From Bellilinea caldifistulae (GTDB lineage: Bacteria; Chloroflexota; Anaerolineae; Anaerolineales; Anaerolineaceae), in assembly GCF_001306055.1 (NCBI RefSeq), contig NZ_LGHJ01000019.1, positions 30,001 to 62,000 on the forward strand: a stretch of 32,000 nucleotides of DNA, in the 5' to 3' direction. This document shows positions 16,917 through 23,559 of the stretch, piece by piece. Position 1 is the stretch's first letter; every line of letters starts with the position of its first letter. The notes under the pieces are model-generated. The model was not told where the DNA came from. It ran no database searches and saw nothing but the letters and a program-made list of their open reading frames with translations. The translations under genes were made by a program, and so were the position numbers.

Positions 16917-19900
16917 ATGACTCTTCCATCTACCCCGTCCCGAAAATCTTCTCCCACTTTCTTCAAGCGAATCAGGCATAAGGCTCTATTATTTTTGTTC
17001 TTGCTGGCAGTTTTCCCCTTACTGCTCTCGGTTGCTTCCACCGTCCTTGCAGTATCTCTGCTGCCACCTGCAACAAGCGGACAAACTCCATGGATTTTGA
17101 TTCTTTCACAACCGGTATTTTGGGCAGGATCAGGGATCAGCCTGTTAATCGCTGCAGGGATCACCTGGCTGTTCATTCAGGTGTTCATCGTGCCGATAGA
17201 AAATCTCTCCACCCAAACCGAAAAACTCGCCAATGGGGATTGGAGTCAAAAGTTCACTGTTCAAAGCAAAGATGAAATTGGGAAACTGGCCTACGCTCTG
17301 AATCTGCTTCGCAATGAACTGGGACGAATGTACCGAAAAATTGAGTTACAGGCAATTTCTCAAAAAGCCGACCCATCTTCCGGGCTGGTTGAGTCTGGTT
17401 TAGACCTCACCGTTGAAGAGGACCGCCAGGAAAACTTCGACAGTGAGTTTTCCTTCGAACCGATTGAATTTGACCGCCAAGAGGAAAACCCGTTATATCA
17501 CGCCGCTCAAAAAATCAATCACGCCGGTGAAGAATCTCAGATTAATCAAATCCTCGACGAAACTCTATCCAAAATCGATTATGTTTCGGCATTCTTTGAC
17601 ATCTACCCCAATAATTTGCGTCTGATGCATCTCCTTGACCGGCAGGTGCGGTATACCGAAAAGTCCCTGAAAGGGACCGCCATTCAGATTGAAAACCCGC
17701 AAACTTTATTTTCGGGCAAAGATTGTATTATCCTCGAACAAAAAGAGGAAATCAGTGAACTTGTCAATCTGTTCACCCTCTTTGAAAATCGCAATTGCAA
17801 TTCCATCGCAATTTTCCCTTTACTGGTCAATCAACGGGTCGTCAGGCTGTTTGTCATTGGTTCGCGTAAGCCAACCCCGCTTTCGGCGGTGAACCTACAA
17901 CCCTTTATCCATTTATCTCATACCATCAGTGCGGTACTGGAAAAACTTGGCAGCATCCGCAGCCTTCGCAGTCAAATGTCTGCTTATGAGACCCTGACCA
18001 GCATCAGTCAGGCGATCAGCAATGAATTCAGCCTGCAACCTCTTTATCAGTTGGTGCACCAAAAGGTCAGTGAACAAATTGGTGCGGATTTATCTTTTTC
18101 CTTCGCTATTTACGATCAAGCCAATCAAATTATCCAGTTCCCCTATCACTACGAAGACGGGAAAGTGACTTCCATTCCACCCTTCCCGTTGGGTGAGGGT
18201 CTGACCTCCTATATCATTCAGAATCGAAAATCGCTGCTGCTGCCCTTAAAGTTTGAACCGAAAGACTTACCCGCCAGCTGGAACGCTTATAAATACATGT
18301 ATGCGGTTTCGGATGTTGAACGAGATGCCATGCGTTTAGGCGCAAAAATTGTTGGTAAGCCTGCCAAATCCTGGCTGGGTGTACCGCTGATGGTGGGCGG
18401 CCAGGTTCTTGGTGCAATCATCGTACAGGATACCCAAAAAGAAGAACGCTTTTCGGAAAAAGACCTGATTTTACTGGAGACAATTGCCCCCCAAATCGCC
18501 ATTTCCATCCGCAATGCACAGCTGGTTGAGAACATGACCTCAACTTTGCAAGCCTACGATCAGGAACACACCCTGCTGAATGCCTTGCTGGAAAACGTGC
18601 CGGAGAAAATTTACTTCAAAGATCAGGAAGGGCGTTATCTGCGGGTTTCCAATTCCTTTATTGCCAGCCTTGGATACTCCTCAGCCAGTGAGATTACCGG
18701 CTACACTGATGAAGAATTAATCCCCGGCGAGGCTGGCAACCTCCGCCATCAGCATGACATGCGAGTCATTTCCTCTGGTATTCCTGTTGTCGGCGAAATG
18801 GTCGAATATCATGCGGAAAATGGAGAAACGCTCTGGGAGCTAGTTTCCCGTGTTCCGCTATTTTCAAATGCGGACCCCGCCAATAAAAACCCCTATGCTT
18901 TGCTGGTGATTTCTCAGGATATCACCGAGTTGAAGAGAACCGAAAACCTGAGCAACCGGCAGGCCCAACAGCTGCTCACCGCTGCCGAGATTGCCCGCGA
19001 TGTGGCTTCCTCCCTGCAGACCGAACAAGTGCTGGTCAATGCGACTAACCTGATTCGCGAACGATTTGGTTATTACCACGCTTCGGTTTTCCTTGTGGAT
19101 CCGACAGGAAAATACGCGGTGTTACATGAAGCCTCCGGCGAGATCGGGCAGAAGATGAAAGCTGCCGGACACCGTCTGGCTGTTGGCTCTCGTTCACTGG
19201 TTGGGCAGGCCGTTGCCAAAGCCGAAACGGTTGTGTCCAACAATACCCGCCAAAATCCCAATTATTACCCCAACCCCCTCCTTCCAGATACCCATTCGGA
19301 ATTGGTTGTGCCTTTGAAAACCGCAAACCGTGTGATTGGTGCGCTGGATGTGCAAAGTGACCGGGTTAATGCCTTTACAACCGAGGACATTCACACGCTG
19401 GAAATCCTGGCAGATCAGCTGGCAATGGCATTGGAAAATGCCCATCTATACGCCCATGCGCAGGAAAATCTGGTCAAACATCGCTTACTCCATCAGATGA
19501 CCACCGCCGCTTCTACCAGCACGAACCTCAGTGAAGCGATCCAGAGAACGGTTTATAACCTGCGAACATCTCTGGGCGAGGAACGTGTAGCCTTTTATCT
19601 CGCTGATCAGAGCGGCAACCTGTTCCTGCATACCGCCATCGGATTTGAGGGATTGGAAATCAATCAGATCAACATCCAGAACAGCAAACATCTGCTGGCA
19701 ATTTCCGCCCGAGACCGCTATCCGGTGCGGGTTGGTCGTCTATCGTCGGGTGAGACCAATGTGACCATCCACCCGGAAACGCAATCTGCGCTGGCTGTTC
19801 CGATTCTTTTCTCGGATGAATTGCTTGGCGTTCTCACTGTGGAATCCGAGCAGGTGGATCGCTTCGACGAAAACGATCAGGAAATCATTGGCGCACTTGG

Positions 19901-20192
19901 CGACGCACTGGGTGCGATCCTCACCAATGCCCGTCTGGTGGATCAAATTCGCCAACAAGTTGAACGACAGCGGATGCTTTATGAAATCACCAGTAAAATT
20001 CGCCGTTCGGTTGATATCGAAACCATTCTTCGTACCTCGGTAAATGAAATTAGCAGGGCAGTCGGTGCACGCAAAGCCCATATCCAGATTAATCCAGGTG
20101 TTCAAAGTTCATCACGTGAGAGCCATGCTGCTTTAACATCCATCCCCGATGAACACAACAATGGTCACCACATTGAGGATAACGGCAAATGA
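16917..20192 (+). CDS. Membrane HAMP - GAF-like - GAF - PAS - GAF - GAF protein with no recognisable output domain (GAF-1)
   Basis: ATG 16917 has AAGGA 7 nt upstream. The track's 16812 start overlaps RR2 in another frame. There are two TM helices, then HAMP (~17180-17330, KDEIGKLAYALNLL). Next come a GAF-like region (~17500-17950), GAF (~17960-18540), PAS (~18560-18940, LLENVPEKIYFKDQEGRYLRVSN) and the signature GAF (18981-19451). A further GAF follows (~19480-19960), then a terminal helix/strand fragment. It has no HisKA, GGDEF, EAL, HD-GYP, cyclase or HTH motifs. Confidence 0.85.
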   Translation: MTLPSTPSRKSSPTFFKRIRHKALLFLFLLAVFPLLLSVASTVLAVSLLPPATSGQTPWILILSQPVFWAGSGISLLIAAGITWLFIQVFIVPIENLSTQTEKLANGDWSQKFTVQSKDEIGKLAYALNLLRNELGRMYRKIELQAISQKADPSSGLVESGLDLTVEEDRQENFDSEFSFEPIEFDRQEENPLYHAAQKINHAGEESQINQILDETLSKIDYVSAFFDIYPNNLRLMHLLDRQVRYTEKSLKGTAIQIENPQTLFSGKDCIILEQKEEISELVNLFTLFENRNCNSIAIFPLLVNQRVVRLFVIGSRKPTPLSAVNLQPFIHLSHTISAVLEKLGSIRSLRSQMSAYETLTSISQAISNEFSLQPLYQLVHQKVSEQIGADLSFSFAIYDQANQIIQFPYHYEDGKVTSIPPFPLGEGLTSYIIQNRKSLLLPLKFEPKDLPASWNAYKYMYAVSDVERDAMRLGAKIVGKPAKSWLGVPLMVGGQVLGAIIVQDTQKEERFSEKDLILLETIAPQIAISIRNAQLVENMTSTLQAYDQEHTLLNALLENVPEKIYFKDQEGRYLRVSNSFIASLGYSSASEITGYTDEELIPGEAGNLRHQHDMRVISSGIPVVGEMVEYHAENGETLWELVSRVPLFSNADPANKNPYALLVISQDITELKRTENLSNRQAQQLLTAAEIARDVASSLQTEQVLVNATNLIRERFGYYHASVFLVDPTGKYAVLHEASGEIGQKMKAAGHRLAVGSRSLVGQAVAKAETVVSNNTRQNPNYYPNPLLPDTHSELVVPLKTANRVIGALDVQSDRVNAFTTEDIHTLEILADQLAMALENAHLYAHAQENLVKHRLLHQMTTAASTSTNLSEAIQRTVYNLRTSLGEERVAFYLADQSGNLFLHTAIGFEGLEINQINIQNSKHLLAISARDRYPVRVGRLSSGETNVTIHPETQSALAVPILFSDELLGVLTVESEQVDRFDENDQEIIGALGDALGAILTNARLVDQIRQQVERQRMLYEITSKIRRSVDIETILRTSVNEISRAVGARKAHIQINPGVQSSSRESHAALTSIPDEHNNGHHIEDNGK

Positions 20193-21856
20193 ACTTCATC
20201 CGCCAAATTAATCCTGCCCATACCCCTCCTCACATCTCCCGTTTAGGGGAGCTAGCCACCTGGCGCGAGCGTATCTTACAGACTACACTCCTCCTGTTTG
20301 CGCTGGCAGGCACAGTGATTTACTACCTTGCCATACAACGGGCAATCCAATATCAAGACCGCACCTCAATTTACCTGTACACCGGGGCATTGCTGGTAGC
20401 GCTTGCTTTACCCCTCCTCAGAAAATTATCCTTCAACCTGCGTACCCTGGCAATTCTGGTCGTCCTGTATGGTTTGGCCGTTCAAAATCTGGTGGTTTAC
20501 GGCGTAACACGGAACGCGGTTGCCTATGTATTGGCCATTGTTTTCATCGCTGGACTTTTATGGGGGGTACGGGCTGGTGTTTTTGCCATCCTTTTCACCT
20601 TTGCCACGGTGGTGGGGATGGGCTACGGGATGAACTACGGGGGCATGAACCAGCCATTGCAGGAAACTCTATTGAATTCAATGAGTTTCGAAAACTGGGT
20701 CAATGTGGCAATTCATTTCAGCATCGTGGGCGGTTTCATTTTGCTGTCCATCTACACTATCTTGAACGGTTTACAAAGTTCATTGTTGCAACAACGAACC
20801 TTGACAATGCAATTGAACGCTGCCCGTCTGAACCTCGAAAAAAATGTGGAAGAACGAACCACAACCCTGAAGCGCCGTTTGAACCAGATACGTACCGCAG
20901 CAGAAATTGCCAGAGCAGTCAACACCTTTCTCGATCCCGAAACACTTCTCCAACAATCGGTTGACCTGATTCAAAAAGAATTTGATCTGTATTACGCCGG
21001 TATTTTTTTAGTGGATGAGCGCGGCGAATTTGCCGTCCTCAAAGCAGGCACAGGCGAAGCCGGCCGCCAGATGATTGCCGCCGGTCACAAACTGGCGGTT
21101 GGCGGAAACTCGATGATTGGCTGGGCAACAGCACGCAAAGAACCCAAAATTGCACTGGATACCGGGGTTGAAGCCGTCCGTTTCAACAATCCTTACTTAC
21201 CCCTAACCCGTTCTGAAATGGCACTACCCATTATCAGCCGCGGTGTCTGCTTAGGTGCCCTGACCATTCAATCTACCCAACCCGAAGCCTTCGATCAAGA
21301 TGATATTCGCATTTTGATGGGTATTGCCGATTCGCTCGCGACCGCCCTGGAAAATGCCCGCCTGTTTCAGGAAACCCAACAAAATCTTGAAGAGATCCGC
21401 GCACTCAACCGGGCTTACCTCATGCAATCCTGGGAAGACGCGGTTGCCATGCACGGCAAACTTGAGTACACCTACCAAAATCCCTCCGCCATTCAAGATG
21501 GAAAAGCATCTAACCAAATCCACATCCCCTTGACCCTTCGCGATCAGGCAATTGGTAACCTGACTCTTGAATTAGGCGATAAGAGCTTGACACCCGAAGA
21601 AATGGAATTTGTGGATGGGGTAATCAATCAAACCGCCATTGCTCTGGAAAATGCCCGCTTGATTCAGGAAACCCAACGTCGGGCAATGGAAGAGCAGCGC
21701 CTCAGTGAAATGACCGCTCAATTTTCGCGCGCAAATACCGTTGACCAGATTCTCAAAGCGGCTCTCCTTGAAATCGGTCACCTTCCCAATGTGGCTGAGG
21801 TGAGCGTCCAGTTAATTCCGCCGGTTGAAGATCAAATGGAGGAAGTTGAAGGATGA
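20189..21856 (+). CDS. Polytopic membrane domain - S-helix - GAF - conserved tail protein, no output domain (GAF-2)
   Basis: 555 aa. Its ATGA overlaps GAF-1, with GAGGA 9 nt upstream. A ~210-aa multi-TM N-terminus is followed by a coiled coil with an ERT motif (20852-20860). Then come the signature GAF (20897-21367) and the tail module (21368-21856). Confidence 0.85.
   Translation: MNFIRQINPAHTPPHISRLGELATWRERILQTTLLLFALAGTVIYYLAIQRAIQYQDRTSIYLYTGALLVALALPLLRKLSFNLRTLAILVVLYGLAVQNLVVYGVTRNAVAYVLAIVFIAGLLWGVRAGVFAILFTFATVVGMGYGMNYGGMNQPLQETLLNSMSFENWVNVAIHFSIVGGFILLSIYTILNGLQSSLLQQRTLTMQLNAARLNLEKNVEERTTTLKRRLNQIRTAAEIARAVNTFLDPETLLQQSVDLIQKEFDLYYAGIFLVDERGEFAVLKAGTGEAGRQMIAAGHKLAVGGNSMIGWATARKEPKIALDTGVEAVRFNNPYLPLTRSEMALPIISRGVCLGALTIQSTQPEAFDQDDIRILMGIADSLATALENARLFQETQQNLEEIRALNRAYLMQSWEDAVAMHGKLEYTYQNPSAIQDGKASNQIHIPLTLRDQAIGNLTLELGDKSLTPEEMEFVDGVINQTAIALENARLIQETQRRAMEEQRLSEMTAQFSRANTVDQILKAALLEIGHLPNVAEVSVQLIPPVEDQMEEVEG
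21344..21380 (+). repeat. 37-nt intragenic direct repeat, copy A (end of the signature GAF in GAF-2)
   Basis: GCCCTGGAAAATGCCCGCCTGTTTCAGGAAACCCAAC matches copy B at 34 of 37 positions. It encodes ALENARLFQETQ. Confidence 0.9.
21641..21677 (+). repeat. 37-nt intragenic direct repeat, copy B (end of the half-GAF in the GAF-2 tail)
   Basis: GCTCTGGAAAATGCCCGCTTGATTCAGGAAACCCAAC encodes ALENARLIQETQ. It lies 297 nt (99 codons) downstream of copy A, in the same frame. Confidence 0.9.
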
Positions 21857-23559
21857 GTCAAAATCTCCCCACCCGCCCCTACTCCTCTTTATCATCCGCA
21901 TTCAGCCGCGGAGGTGAAGTGGATGACCTGAGTGGCGCTCTCCAGCCCATTTTGAATCTCACCAGCGTACTCAGTCTGGCCGCCTACCTGTGGATTGCCT
22001 TTCAGAACGCCCTCACCCAACAGCCCCTCCTTCCACTGGCACTAGCTCCGCTGCTCGCACTCCTCCTGCTGGTTACTTTTCGTCAAAGCTTTTCAACCTC
22101 TTTACGGACTGGCTTCCTGATAATCTTTTATTTGCTGGTTGGTTTCGCCTTATTTTTACTTGGAGAGATGCAAAGCATTGGACTTCTCCTTTTCCTGACC
22201 GCGGTTCAAGTTGCCCTTATATTCTGGAATGGAAAAGCGGGCATGACCACTTTCTTGGTTAGTCTGGCACTCATTCTGACGGCGGGTATTTCTCTCCATT
22301 TTGGGTTGCTGAAACCATTTGGTCTGGGAACTCAATCCCTTGAACTCGTACCTTTCATCGGATTGATTGCGGCTTTCGTCCTTTCCAATTGGGTTTTGGC
22401 CATGATTTCCGGACACCTTCTCAAGGTTTACAACAGGGCAGCTTCTTCTGAAAAAGAACTCTCCCAAATTCTGGATGAAGAAAGAAAAAACCTGGAAGCG
22501 CGCATCGAAGAACGCACCCGGCTACTTACCCGGCAAACCAGCCTGATGGAAACCGCCGGTGAGATTGCCCACCAAATCTCAATGGAAACCAGTCAGGAAA
22601 ATCTTTTCCGTAATACCATTCAACTGATTCGCGACCGTTTGGGATACTATCACGCTGGCATTTTCCTCATGGACGATACAGATGAGTATGCCGTACTGGT
22701 TTCTGCGCTGGGAGAAGCGGGTGAGAAGATGCTCGCCCAAGGTCACCGCCTTAAAAAAGGCGAGGAAGGTATTGTCGGAAACGTGGTTGCCCGTGGAGAG
22801 GCGCGCATTGCTTTGGACGTCGGCAAGGATGCAGTCCACTTCAAGAATCCGCTCTTGCCTTACACCCGCTCTGAAATTGCCCTTCCCATCAAGATTGGAG
22901 ATCGAGTGCTCGGCGCATTAGATATTCAATCTACCGAGCCGGAAGCGTTCTCACAGGTGGATATTCAATCGCTTCAAATTATTGCCAATCAACTGGCAGT
23001 GGCATTGGAACGCATCCGACTGATTGACCAGCTTCAACAAACTGTAGCCGATTTGGAAAGCGGGTACCGCACCGAAACCCGCAAGTCCTGGCGGATGTAC
23101 ATCCGCAGTAGTCGTAAAACCCGCGGTTTTCGCTATGATCCTGATCGTAAGCAAGTTGAACCAATTCCCGTTGTGAAAAATCCTTCACAATCTTTATCGG
23201 ATGCCCAAACGGTACAGGTGCCGCTGCACAGCCGAGGTGAAGTGATCGGGGTGCTCAATATTAAGTTCAAAGGCGGGCAGCCGTCTCCTGAAATTCAGCG
23301 GCTTCTTCACACAACTGCAGAACGGTTGGGTTCAGCTCTGGAAACCGCCCGTTTGTTGGAGGAATTACAACTCCGTGCCGAGAGAGAACATCTGGTAGGC
23401 GATCTTGCCACACAGGTACGCTCCAGTACCGATTTCGAACAAATTCTTAAGACAACCGCCCAGCAAATCAGACAAAAACTGGGTTTACGCGAAGTAACTG
23501 TCCAGATTCTTCCTTCGCAAGAGATACAGCATGGGGATTATCCACTGGAGGTTTCATGA
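21853..23559 (+). CDS. Polytopic membrane domain - S-helix - GAF - conserved tail protein, no output domain (GAF-3)
   Basis: 568 aa. Its ATGA overlaps GAF-2, with GGAGGA upstream. The plan matches GAF-2: ERT at 22510-22518, signature GAF at 22555-23025, tail at 23026-23559. Confidence 0.85.
   Translation: MSQNLPTRPYSSLSSAFSRGGEVDDLSGALQPILNLTSVLSLAAYLWIAFQNALTQQPLLPLALAPLLALLLLVTFRQSFSTSLRTGFLIIFYLLVGFALFLLGEMQSIGLLLFLTAVQVALIFWNGKAGMTTFLVSLALILTAGISLHFGLLKPFGLGTQSLELVPFIGLIAAFVLSNWVLAMISGHLLKVYNRAASSEKELSQILDEERKNLEARIEERTRLLTRQTSLMETAGEIAHQISMETSQENLFRNTIQLIRDRLGYYHAGIFLMDDTDEYAVLVSALGEAGEKMLAQGHRLKKGEEGIVGNVVARGEARIALDVGKDAVHFKNPLLPYTRSEIALPIKIGDRVLGALDIQSTEPEAFSQVDIQSLQIIANQLAVALERIRLIDQLQQTVADLESGYRTETRKSWRMYIRSSRKTRGFRYDPDRKQVEPIPVVKNPSQSLSDAQTVQVPLHSRGEVIGVLNIKFKGGQPSPEIQRLLHTTAERLGSALETARLLEELQLRAEREHLVGDLATQVRSSTDFEQILKTTAQQIRQKLGLREVTVQILPSQEIQHGDYPLEVS

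Noticed and set aside
16586-17176. 196-aa - strand ORF spanning the RR2/GAF-1 junction
   Set aside because: It is antisense to two well-supported genes, and I recognised no motifs in it.
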